Under the pieces are notes generated by a model. The model did no database searches. It saw only the letters and a list, made by a program, of their open reading frames with translations, and was not told the DNA's origin. Of a DNA stretch of 64,000 nucleotides, positions 52,206-64,000 are shown in pieces. Position 1 is the stretch's first letter. Every line of letters starts with the position of its first letter. This stretch comes from Octopus vulgaris (taxonomy: Eukaryota), in the NCBI GenBank assembly GCA_951406725.2, contig OX597831.1:24862001-24926000 (forward strand), written 5' to 3'. The position numbers were made by a program, and so were the translations under genes.

Positions 52206-52370
52206 CATACATATATATGATGGGCTTCTTTCAGTTTCCATCTACCAAATCCACTCGCAAGGCTTTGGTCGGCCCTAGGCTATAGTAGAAGACACTTGCT
52301 CAAGGTGCCACGCAGTGAGACTGAACCTGGAACCATGTGGTTGGTAAGCAAGCTACTTAACACACAGCCA
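51584..52370 (-). mobile_element. Family C element (51584-51822) and SINE A (51969-52370)
   Basis: Match other copies in reverse complement. Confidence 0.85.
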
Positions 52371-52960
52371 GGGCATGATGATGATGATGATAAACATTAT
52401 TTTATTGATAATTCTATATTGTTGATATTATTTTAATGTGGAACTGCAAATGGTCTTGAGAAAGCCTCAAACATCATCATTTCCTGGAGGCAGTATTAGG
52501 TTTTGTACATAGGCAGCACACATGTTGTTCCTCTCTCTTTCAATTTTCGACGGATGGAAACTGTGGCATTCATGTGTGAGTAGTGAGTAGTGAGTAGTGA
52601 GAAAGCCCTTCTATTATATTCATTTACAATTGTTTCATTGAAATTCAATCTCATGAATATTGTTATATTATGCAAATTTATACACAACCATGAGATTTTG
52701 AACACAATTCATCAGAGAATTTTATACATAATTCTTACATAACTATATAAATTATACATATCTATGTATATACACATACATATATATATGAATACATGCA
52801 TATATACATATATGTGTGCATGTATGTCTGTGTGTATGTGTATATATATACATCTATATCTATTTCTCTCTATATATATATATACACACACACACACATA
52901 CACGCACATTTGTATATTCGTATATATATATATATATGTGTGTGTGTGTATATATATATA

Positions 52961-53177
52961 CAAGTGGTGCTGAAAAGTTCCTGAATTTAGCCTAAAAAAG
53001 ATACCAATGGATCAGTTAGTTATGATTTTATTCAACAAATTCTCCTCTCAGATTCACACACTTATTGCAGTATTTCTTCAGGTTTTCTAAGCCCTAAAAA
53101 AGAACTTGGAAAGTTGGGCCTCTAACCAGGCTTTTTGTGATGCCCTTAAAACCAGGAACTTTACAGTACCCTTCATG
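52961..53177 (-). mobile_element. Mariner-derived MITE
   Basis: Imperfect TIRs GGTGCTGAAAAGTTCCTG / CAGGAACTTTACAGTACC; TA flanks; transposase C-terminal remnant. Confidence 0.75.
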
Positions 53178-53503
53178 TATATATAAATATATATATATGT
53201 ATATTATATTAAATTAGAGACAAAACCACTATTATGCAAATCAAACAAAGAAAGACTTAATCTAATACATAAATTAATTTATATTATTTAGAATTTAACA
53301 ATCATTAATAATTATTAATATATATAATATTTTACTATAAAATTGGATCCAATCCTAAATCTGATTATTCCCTGTAAGTTTGGATTTATTCCCTAATATT
53401 TATTATTATTATTATATATATATATACACACACACATAGAGACAGACAGACACAGAGATATATTTATTTACATCTCAAACTTTTGTTGACTTACATCAGC
53501 ATA

Positions 53504-53555
<52 letters not shown>

Positions 53556-56146
53556 ATATCAGAAATCACTGCTGCAACTTCAGAAATAAAAAAAAAATAA
53601 AAGCATTAGGCTTTATGAGCAAAGTTCTATATATCAGGTTTGACACTCCTTTGTCTCTCGCATCATCGAAAATATAGTAAGCCAATGATTGGTCTATTGG
53701 AAAGCTAGAACCATCAATAGTATTGATCACAAATTGTGATATGAAATGAAATAATAAATGCAGAAGAAACATTGTTTTTGAAGCGGTTACTGCCTATTCT
53801 GAAGTAAAGTATTTGCGAACATTTGTGGTAGAAACAATATGGCTGTTTGTAAATTATCTGCCTTATAAAGACCTGAGAAAGAAGGAATGAGCTACTGATT
53901 GTGAATATTCAAACGTTTAACCCTTTAGCATTCAGATTACTCTGCCAAATGTAATGCTTATTTATTTGCATGATTTTGAATTAATTATGCATTATTTAAA
54001 TAGCTCTGAGATTTTGATGATGTATACTCTTACTCTTTTTACTTGTTTCAGTCATTTGACTGTGGCCATGCTGGAGCACTGCCTTTAGTCAAGCAAATCG
54101 ACCCCAGGATTTATTCTTTGTAAGCCTAGTACTTATTCTATCGGTCTCTTTTGCTGAACATTTTGCATTTAAACCGGCCATGCCAATCCCAAATATCTGA
54201 CCTGTTTTATGTTTAAACAAGTCAGATCCTGTCTCTCACACCTACCTACAATGTTATTCTTAAAATACATACATACATAGCTATAGGAGTGGCTGTGTGG
54301 TAAAATTCGGGCCTTGTGCTAAAATTTGGAACACTTATTTAGTGTAAAGCAATGAACTGGCATGCCAGACAAAATGCTCAGCAGCATTTCTTCTGGTATC
54401 ATGTTCTGCATTCAGATTCCAGCAACATTGACTTTGCCTTTTGTCCTTTCAGGGTCAATGAAACAAATACAAGTCAAGCATTAGGGCCAATGTAATCAAC
54501 TTGCACCTCTAATGAAACAAACAAAATGCTGGCCTTGTGCCAAAATTAGAAAGTATTATCTAGTGTAAGCGGATCAATAAAATAAAGTACTGTGTAGGTA
54601 AAAATAAAGTACCAGTGAATCTCAGTGGTAGGTGGTATTGCTTAGTGAAAGTGTGGTTTAGCAGACTTTAATTAGAATAAATGTTTAGTTGCTGTTAGTT
54701 TTGTCTCTCAACATTCTAAGTTGACTCTTGCCAGGTGTTAGTAAAATAAGCACCTGTCAACCACTGAAGCTGATTTAATCAACAGTTCCCTCTCCCAAAA
54801 TCTGTAGCCACATGTGTAAATTAGAAACCATTTTTCATTATTAGAGATTGGAGTCAGTACTCATAGCTTTTACAGGTTCTTCCTCACTTTAGGAATAATG
54901 TCTAATGTGGTTGACAGTCAGCTTGAACTGAAAAGCTGTATTTTTTATCGAAATGGTTTTTTCAGAATTGAATGGGATTTCAGGAGGGGTTGTAGGGCTC
55001 AGCTATGTCAACAAAAGTTAAGAATTGTTCAGAATATTTTTTTTTCTTAATCAGGCAACTCTGCATTGTTCAGGTGAAGTAATATAAATATATTTATCAC
55101 AGCTTTCATTTCTCCTACCCTAGACATTGAAGCCTTCTTAATCAGTTATTGACACCTTTTCCAGACCTCTAGAGAGTGGAAGTATAGTGACAAATCTTTT
55201 CCCAAGAGCATGCATTGTTCTCTTACATATGGCTGATTTTAAGATTATTTTCTTCTCCAGATAGGCATGATAATAATAATAATAACAAATGAAATTGCAG
55301 AGTGAATAAGTAGATGTGAAAGCATGTATTGCAACATTTGTGCTAATGGCTTTATGCATTAATAAATACAGAGACACACTGCAATGGCTTTTGTGAATAT
55401 AACATGAAAGAAATTTCTATCATCGTATGAAGCAAAGCCTTAATCACTCAGAAGAGTTTTGGAAATTGTCCGATAGTTGAACTGATCTGCGAGTATACTT
55501 ATCTTGTAGAACACTTAACAGATATGGAGAGTAAGTAATAATGATATTCAGCTGGAACCTTCAATGTTCTAAAAATCTTTGTGATATGCGAAGATAGGAA
55601 AGTATCCGAGATCAAATGTTAGCTTTGATATTTTATTTGCTGAAAGATCTTAGATAATGTTTTGTGTCTGCGTTAAATTTGATTAACTCGCAACGTATAA
55701 TGTCGGCTGGTCTCAAACTTCGGAGTAATTATTAGATATAGTGATTAAAGAAAACATCAGATAAAACCCAGAGAGAGTTATGGCATTTGATTATTATGAA
55801 ATATAATAGTACTGACCATTGCAGCTACAAAGGACTGACGGCCCATAGGATTCCTCTTCTTTCAACTTTGTAGTCTTTCTGACCTGGCTAATCTGTCTTA
55901 TACAAGTGAGGCTCAGAGATGTTATTGCTGTTGGTTTCAACAATTTTTATGTCATTAATCTGATATAGCTGGCTGCAGACATTGAACGCTTTCGTGATCT
56001 CTTGAGAAGAATAGGCTGACATAAGTCACCCCCATATCTACGTTTGCCTTACTAGATGATTTGAAATGGAAGTTAATGCAACAAATGTTTTAACTTCATA
56101 GTACTCCAACTCCTAATGAATCAATTGTACCTATATTTAATACTTA

Positions 56147-56543
56147 CTAGCAGTATCGTCCAGCGTTGCTCAGGTTTGTTTTATTTTCGACCCTTTAGAA
56201 TTGGAATTTTTGAAAAGTAAAACATTTGCATTATGTAACTTGTTATTCTCTTTAAGTGAACATTTTTCTGGTTGAAATACACCAAAAAATGGTGACAGAG
56301 CAGTAAAAAAATCGTAAAAAATAGGGATTTTCATAGAAAAAAAGCACCTTTTTGATGTAAATAATTTTTGGTGTTAATATGGTCTGATTTGAATTTCTTT
56401 TCTACGGAAGGAAGTGTAAACCTTCTTCTATCATACACTTAATTTTGGTCAACTTGCACCGCAGGGTCTCAGAGGAGACAGTGTTAGTTGAAGGCTACCA
56501 AACCTGCCATACACAGACAACTTCAGCTTTATATATAGAGAGA
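56147..56543 (-). mobile_element. Non-autonomous Helitron
   Basis: TC start and CTAG end on the minus strand, A/T insertion site; colinear with 1042-1416. Confidence 0.87.
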
Positions 56544-57204
56544 TTTACATCTAGGTGGAGTGAATCATTATTGACTAGGATGCCATTCATCTCCAGGCAA
56601 CAGATAACAATCAGCAACTTCTGAGGTGTTATTCTATAATTGGCCCCAAGTTGAACATGGTTCATAGTGTAAGGTAAAATTAGTTGCATAGAACACTTCG
56701 TCATAAGTTCAGATTTTACTGTTGTTATTAGGTTGTACCCCTGAGTAAAGCAACTAACAGTATTTGTTCCAGTTCAAAAATGAAATAAATTAGTTTGCTA
56801 TGAAGAAGATAAGTTTATTATCTATCTCGCTTTGGAACTCTTTACATTAAGATCTCAGGAACTAGTTTCTCCAGACACTGTCTCCAATTTGCCTCACTGA
56901 ACAAAGAAGTAGGTTCCACTTTGATTTCATTGTTGAGTTATTAGCAGCAGCAAGGATGTCCAGTTATAAGAACAATTTCTCTATTAAGTAAACTCCTACA
57001 TCTATGCAACGATAGATAAATGAATATAAAATATTATAAAAATAAAAAATAAGTATTGTGTAATTATGTTTACTACTTGTCAGTATACTATTAGTGAGTA
57101 TTCCTTAGTATTCCTGGCTAAATTATTTTCTTATTGAGAATCAAATAGGCTGGAAGTGGCAGAATCAACTAGGTTGAAACTTGGAGGAAAAAAAATCCCA
57201 ACTA

Positions 57205-57597
57205 GGTGCAGGAGTGGCTGTGTGGTAAGTAGCTTGCTAACGAACCACATGGTTCCAGGTTCAGTCCCACTGCATGGCACCTTGGGCAAGTGTCTTCTAC
57301 TATAGCCTCGGGCCAACCAAAGCCTTGTGAGTGGATTTGGTAGACGGAAACTGAAAGAATCCCATCGTATATATATATGTATGCATGTGTATATGTTTGT
57401 GTGTCTGTGTTTGTCCCCCCAACATCGCTTGACAACCGATGCTGGTGTGTTTACGTCCTTGTAACTTAGCAGTTCAGCAAAAGAGACTGATAGAATAAGT
57501 ACTAGGCTTACAAAGAATAAGCCCTGGGGTCAATTTGCTCAACTAAAGGTGCTGCTCCAGCATGGCCACAGTCAAATGGCTGAAACAAGTAAAAGAG
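57205..57597 (+). mobile_element. SINE family A, full length
   Basis: Head, body and tail as in other copies. Confidence 0.92.
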
Positions 57598-57690
57598 TTT
57601 GAAACTGGTTGAGTCAAATAGCTTGGAATTAGTAGAGATGACTAAATTGAAACTTGTGGAATGAATTAACTTGAAACATGTATTTTGAAG

Positions 57691-57896
57691 TTCTGTTGTG
57701 TCTGGGGAGAGTCATTTTCTTTTTGTGCCTTATCATGTAACACACTCACCAGTAAAATTTCCCCTTGAAAAGTTTGCAAGACGCAACGAAAATTTTAGAA
57801 CAATAAAAATAAGAAAAAGAAAGTGGAAATTTTACCGGTGTGTGTGTTACATAATAAGGCACAAAAAGAAAATGATTCTCCCCAGACACAACAGAA
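57691..57896. repeat. Inverted repeat (72-bp arms)
   Basis: Arms 57691-57762 / 57825-57896. Confidence 0.85.
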
Positions 57897-58487
57897 TATG
57901 CTTCAACACACGAACTCATATAAAGAATCTTGCAAACAAAATCCAAAAACCGAAACGTATATTGAAATTGTTAGGAATCAACTATCTGGAAACTGGTTAT
58001 GTCAGTCAGCTTAAAACTGGTGGAATGATCTAGTTTTAAACTGGTGGCCAATTAGCTTGAAATTGCTAGATTTGCAGCCAGTTCCACCCCTTGTCCATAA
58101 TTTAGTGTTATGTCAATAAGTCTGCAGCAAATCTTAATTTATTTACCAAATATAAATATTTGTTAGCTGCACAGATGATCTAGTTTCTCTGAATTAATCT
58201 AAGCTTCAATAAAATCATTTATAAAGCCAATATATTTACTCTCAATGGTTCTGTGAAACTGTTGACATGTTCCATTATGTTTACTTACTCTGACAGGAAA
58301 TAAAAACCTTTGTTGGTACTCCATGAGGCTTGTGTGTAATTTAAAGAACCCTTAGAGAGGATTAACACTTCATTGCCAAGAAGTGAATAAAAATATCCAA
58401 TGACACAGTCTTTAATCACATAAAAAGGCTAATGTCAATAATTATAGTAAACTTTTATATATATGTATGTATTATTTTTGCTATATT

Positions 58488-58955
58488 GGTGTAGGAGTGG
58501 CTGTGTGGTAAATATATAAGTGTAAGAGTGGCTGTGTGGTAAGTATATAGGTGTAGGAGTGGCTGTGTGGTAAGTAGCTTGCTTACCAACCACATGGTTC
58601 CAGGTTCAGTCCCACTGCATGGCACCTTAGGCAAGTGTCTTCTACTATAGCCTCGGGCCGACCAAAGCCTTGTGAGTGGATTTGGTAGATGGAGGCTGAA
58701 AGAAGCCTGTTGTATATATGTATATATCTATATGTGTGCATGTGTTTGTGTGTCAGTGTTTGTCCCCCCAACATCGCTTGACAACCGATGCTGGTGTGTT
58801 TACGTCCCCGTAACTTAGCGATTCGGCAAAACAGACCGATAGAATAAGTTCTAGGCTTACAAAGAATAAGTCCTGGGGTCGATTTGCTCAACTAAAAGGC
58901 AGTGCTCCAGCATGGCCGCAGTCACATGACTGAAACAATTAAAAGAGTAAAAGAG
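58488..58955 (+). mobile_element. SINE family A with triplicated 5' end
   Basis: 31-bp head units at 58488, 58519 and 58550. Confidence 0.9.
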
Positions 58956-59335
58956 TATATCCATGTACACATCCATACACATATATGCATGTATGAGTGT
59001 GTGTGTGTGTGTATATGTGCATATATCAGTGTGAGGTGTGTGTATGTATATATATATATATGTGAAATATATATGTATATATATATTTATTATTCGTGCT
59101 GAAGCAGTTATGGTAATGATGATGGTGACTGTTGTAAATGATATTTAATATTGACAACCCCACAACATCAAGGTAATTTACCGTATTACAAACCTGGTGT
59201 TTCTTATAAAAACATTGGAAAGTGGAAAGCCAAAGGCATACCTGACACAAACTGAACTCCACCTGAATAAACCATTTTGTGTAGCTCTCAACAAACACAG
59301 CAATCCATTGTTTTCGTGATAATAATGATTTTTAA

Positions 59336-59556
59336 CCCTTTAGCATTTAAACCGGCCATATCCGGCCAAAAGTATTCTGCCTGTTTTATGTTCAAACTGG
59401 CCAGATCTGGTCTCTCACACCAACCCTACAATACTGTTTTAAAAATTAACAGCTACCTCATCAAAATCTCATAGCTACAAGATAATGCATGATTAGTTCA
59501 AAACAATGTGGATAACAAAGGATTAATTTTGGCAGAATAATGCGAACACTAAAGGG
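59336..59556. mobile_element. piggyBac-type MITE, second family
   Basis: TTAA|CCCTTTAG...CTAAAGGG|TTAA; fragments also at about 14610-14815 and 53917-54265. Confidence 0.85.
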
Positions 59557-60094
59557 TTAAAGTAGACACCTAGCTGCAAATTTGGAATATTTAAGTAGAG
59601 AAGAATCATTCAATCAAAATACTTGACTGCTGTTTCAGTTCTTTTTTATCTTGAAAGGATGAAAGATAAAGTCAACTCTGGCAGGATTTGAACTCAGAAT
59701 GTAAGCTACCGCAAGACAGTTTGTCTTGTGGTAGCTTATGCATTCCACCATCCACAGTACCCCATCTTGTTTTATGGCCTACCAATGCATACAGTGAGTT
59801 TCTTTGCCCTAGGAGACGGGGAGACACTCGGCAAGAAATGGAAACAAAACTAAAAGAAGAAAAACTTATAATAATAATAATAACAACATTGTGTTCTAAC
59901 ATTGATATGAAACCAGAAATTTTATATTTCCAAGTATAGTTTATTAAATCTACCCCAGTACATGACTGGTACTGTATATTATAGCTTCCTTTTCTAGCAG
60001 GATAAAAGGAAAAGTTAATCTCGATGGAATTTGAACTCACACCAGAACTAAATACCGCACAGCATTTTATCTCATCCATCACTCTTTTTAAGAA

Positions 60095-60137
60095 TAATGA
60101 TATTAAGAATAATAATAATAATAATAATATTAATAAT

Positions 60138-60174
<37 letters not shown>

Positions 60175-60182
60175 TTAATAAT

Positions 60183-60267
<85 letters not shown>

Positions 60268-60290
60268 TTGATGATAATACTAATGATATT
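60095..60290. repeat. (AAT)n microsatellite
   Basis: Direct inspection. Confidence 0.95.
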
Positions 60291-63027
60291 TTCTTTCATA
60301 ACTGAATTATCGATATATGTATATATCTCCCAGTTGTTATTTGATGTCACTCACAACTTTTGTTTGATGTTTAACCTTTGACCTTTGATGCATTTTTTTT
60401 TCTACTTGTAATACATAACACACCTTTCTTCCTCTCCCAGTTAGGTTCTTCTCTGCAGTCTATCTCATAATTTTATGTCTCTCTCTCTCTCTCTCTCTTT
60501 ATTACCTCACTTCTCTCTCTCTCTTTATCTGATCCTCCTTTACAATCACCATTATCAGTGCCATCATCCTCATCCATCCAACTTCTCTTCTTTTTCTCTG
60601 CCTTTCTTTTTACTCTCTCACTGCCTTCTTTCTCTCTTTCTCCTCCACCTTCAGCCACTATATCTATGTATGAAATCAATATTGAACTCAAGCTTTTCTC
60701 TTTATTGGAAGTTAACATCAAACCAATGCTGAAATATTTTAATTAATAAAAAGAAAATTTTAGAAGTTTAAAAAAAAAATCTAAATAATCAATGAAGCTA
60801 TCAGATGATCTTAGGTGTTCATATAGTTCTTTAAATCAATAGTTCCATAACCTATTGACTTTTATTTTATTTAGTGATCACTGAAGACTTGCTTATTGTG
60901 ATCATACAAGCGATGACACTCTGGAATAGATTTCTGTTACATAGTCCATACCTAGTGATAGATTTTAACTCTGTACTGCTATCTAAATGATACACTTATC
61001 CATTATGCGGTTCCTCTATAATCTGTTTCTTCTCCAGGGTAATATCTCTTCAATGAATAAGAGCAACACCTCTGCAGTCGCTTGAACTACTCTTCCTATT
61101 GACAAAAACAATGTTCCCCCAAATAACGTTTTATTCCATTTCAAAGAGAGTTCACATGTTTTTTTTTATAGGGGTTTAGTTCGTTTTTAATAACTTTTAT
61201 AGATGGTGAGAAGATGCTCCCTCACTAGCTTTTGCAGAGCCTCAAAGGCTGGTGGAAGAAAGAGTGAAATAAATCACAATTCATCTTTATTCTGTTTTTT
61301 TTTCTTCCCAAAATTACTTAGTAAGGTGGAATGACTCTTTGTAGAGCCCCCAAGGAAGAAAGTTATCCTCAAACTGGAGAGCTGATATGAATAATAATAA
61401 CAGAGTGGACTCTGTTAAAGGTGCCCAAGGACCATGCACTGGTATTTACCTTTAGCATGCTGTAGATGCACTATGTTGCCATACAAGCTTACCTCTCTCT
61501 CAGTGTGACACAATGTGCCTGAAGCTACAAGGGTACAAACTGTGTGGTGTCACAATGTGTTTAAGTGTGCTAATGGTTAAACTGAGCGATCAGTTAAGTC
61601 TACCATCCTGGTAGATCATGGTGGAGTTTCAACTTAAAACACAAAATGCCAAAACAAACAATACAAAACATCTTCAGGATTCCGCTAGATTCCTCTTGAT
61701 AGTAATACATTTATTGAACCCAAGAGAATGACAGGCTGAGTAGATCTTATTTTATTAACCCTGAAAAGATGAAATGCAAAATTAACCTTGGTGACATTTG
61801 AACTCCAAATAGGAGCATGGAATAAATGCCACAAAGCATCTTGTCTGACATGTTAAGGATTCTGTCAGGTCACTGCCTTTCTATGAAGTCACTATAAATG
61901 CTGATTTAGTGACTGCTAATTCATTGCCTAATAAAGTTTCCACACTGCAAACCTAGCCTGTGTCACCCGAATGAAAGCCAGAAATCCTAGAGTTTCTACA
62001 ATATGAAGCAATGCACTCAAATATTGTGTTGCCTTCAGACCAGATAGCTATTCCATATGTTTATAATAGAATGGATTTTGCTAGAAGTACCCAAGATCCC
62101 AGAGATAGTGTTAAATCAGGGTCAACTCTATTACCAAAGAACCAATGTAATATTTTGAGTGAGTTTTCCCAAAGATTTTGTTAAACCCGTTTAATTCTCA
62201 AGGTTTAAGGGCTAATACAACTTAATGTAGAATACACTTGCTTGAGCTGCAGTGTGGTCTGATGTAACTCAGATCTACATGACTGTGAAACAAATTTCTT
62301 AAGTATTATGCATGAACTTGTCTGAACAACATGGTCTTTGGTAAATATATAGAGGTTAGAGCTATGATACTGATCTAACAGACCTGCTAAAGGAAGATTT
62401 TTATGTCTGATTATCTAGACATTTGGTTCTATGTGTAAATGATAGATATTCAATTTCAGAAGCAGTGCCATTTCAATTCTCTAGAATATTCAGTGAAAAA
62501 GCTGTGCTCTTTCATTTTCTGTGTGGTCACTTGCTCTCATTAAGACTTCTTCGTTGCGTTTAGAGAGACAGATATAATAGATCACTACAATGAGGTCTGA
62601 CTTCATATGAAACTGATAAAGAGACTGTTCTCATGTAATTTAGAATTTAGAAAATTACGCCATTAAAATATGTAACACCTGAACAGACAAGGAAGCTTCT
62701 GCAAGGTAGCTGAGCCAGTTAAAATAGCAATCAAATACGTCTTAAATTACACCGTATTGTCTTATATAAAAAAAAGAACACAATAGACAATGTAGTCTGA
62801 GATATACAAAAAAATAAATGATGATCATGGTTATAATACAATTGATAGTATAGCTCTACTTGATCAGGGCTGACTTTGAACTAAATAACATCGTCATTAT
62901 TATCCTCATCCTGGCTTGACATTGGTTGCATTTATTTCTTGTTCCCTTCACTTTTCTGTTGCCATATTTCTCTTAAAGTACACTATCCCTGTTTCTGTTA
63001 ATTTTGAATATAACAAAGAGTTAAGTA

Positions 63028-63590
63028 TTGGGTTGTCCAGAAAGTTTGTGCTGATTTTTAATGGAAAAAGGTTAATAAATATTTGCCATTACATTTTTAA
63101 TCAACCAAATATGAACCATTTTGTTTCACAATGCATCTCTTTCTTTCCTTTAACTTGAAAATATCCACTTCCCAGAACTGAGGTGGTTTTATGGTAAAAA
63201 AATTCATCAAGGTATCTTTTTATGTCATCCAAGGAATTGAAATTTTTACCATTAAGACTATTCTGCAGAGACCTAAATAAGTGGAAATCTGAAGGAGGAA
63301 TATCTGGTGAATATGGAGGATGGGGTAACACATCCCAGCTGAGCTTCAGCAATTTTTGTCTGGTTCCCAAAGCATCAAGTGCCGAAAATGAACTTTCTTA
63401 TCTTCCATTTTAAAGGGTTACATAATTAACACAGGTTATAGGAACATAAACCTTCTTCCATGAAAAGATAGCTTAAACTGTGCTCTAAATGGAGGTGTAG
63501 TAAAATCCTATTTTATGGACTCAACCATGTTCTAAAATAAGTCAAATGGTAAGCTACCATAAATCGGCACGAACTTTCCAGACAATCCAA
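63028..63590 (-). mobile_element. Internally deleted mariner element (mellifera-subfamily-like)
   Basis: 30-bp TIRs TTGGGTTGTCCAGAAAGTTTGTGCTGATTT (5 mismatches), TA on both sides; N-terminus MEDKKVHFRHLMLWE (ATG at 63408) abuts C-terminal TRQKLLKLSWDVLPHPPYSPDIPPSDFHLFRSLQNSL. Confidence 0.92.
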
Positions 63591-64000
63591 TAGAATAACT
63601 TATCATTATTAAGCTAGTGTTTGTAACATAAAATTTTGTTGGAAAGCTTTTATCTAGATGACTTTAAAACAGGATCAGGTGCAATTTCAGGCAGGTTGCT
63701 ATCAAAAGGGTTAATGCTAAAGAATTTGGGAAGCTAAAAACAAACACAATGAATCCTTATGAGTTTTGAAATATTTTAAACTTCACATTTCCAAAATGAC
63801 AGGAAATAATGAAAATGACTACAGAAAGAATGTGTCACAACATTGATTATTTTTTTCTTTTCTTTTTCCAAATAATCTAACTCAATAAATTCTACGAACT
63901 ACTGTAGGAAGTAAATATAATAGATCTTTGCTGAGTTTAGTGAGATGTTATTGTTGGTGTTGTTGTTTTAATGGTTTTAATATTTCGCAAAGAGAAAGGA

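Noticed and set aside
55093-55112. TATCACAG (miR-2 family seed)
   Set aside because: No hairpin, and the rest of the sequence does not match miR-2.

Overview
This is AT-rich animal genomic DNA saturated with (TA)n/(CA)n and trinucleotide microsatellites and with tRNA-derived SINEs. The SINE families and repeat landscape look most like an octopus (coleoid cephalopod) genome; that is an inference from recognising the repeats. I find no credible host protein-coding exon, and almost all ORFs in the track are microsatellite or SINE artefacts. The only real coding remnants are retroelement and transposase fragments: RTE (two), CR1 and mariner. The window also holds non-autonomous Helitrons and piggyBac-type, hAT and mariner MITEs, with multi-level nested insertions. 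The main signals are: (1) about 6 near-complete and 4 partial type-I hammerhead ribozyme motifs, each with a self-complementary helix III of varied sequence, most in short elements inserted in microsatellites and often folded back on themselves (Penelope-like); (2) a unique hairpin at 13203-13281 with pri-miRNA geometry plus basal UG (-14) and CNNC (+17) motifs; (3) SINE dimers that moved as single units, shown by shared TSDs. SINE family letters A-E are my own labels. All folds and alignments were done by eye.
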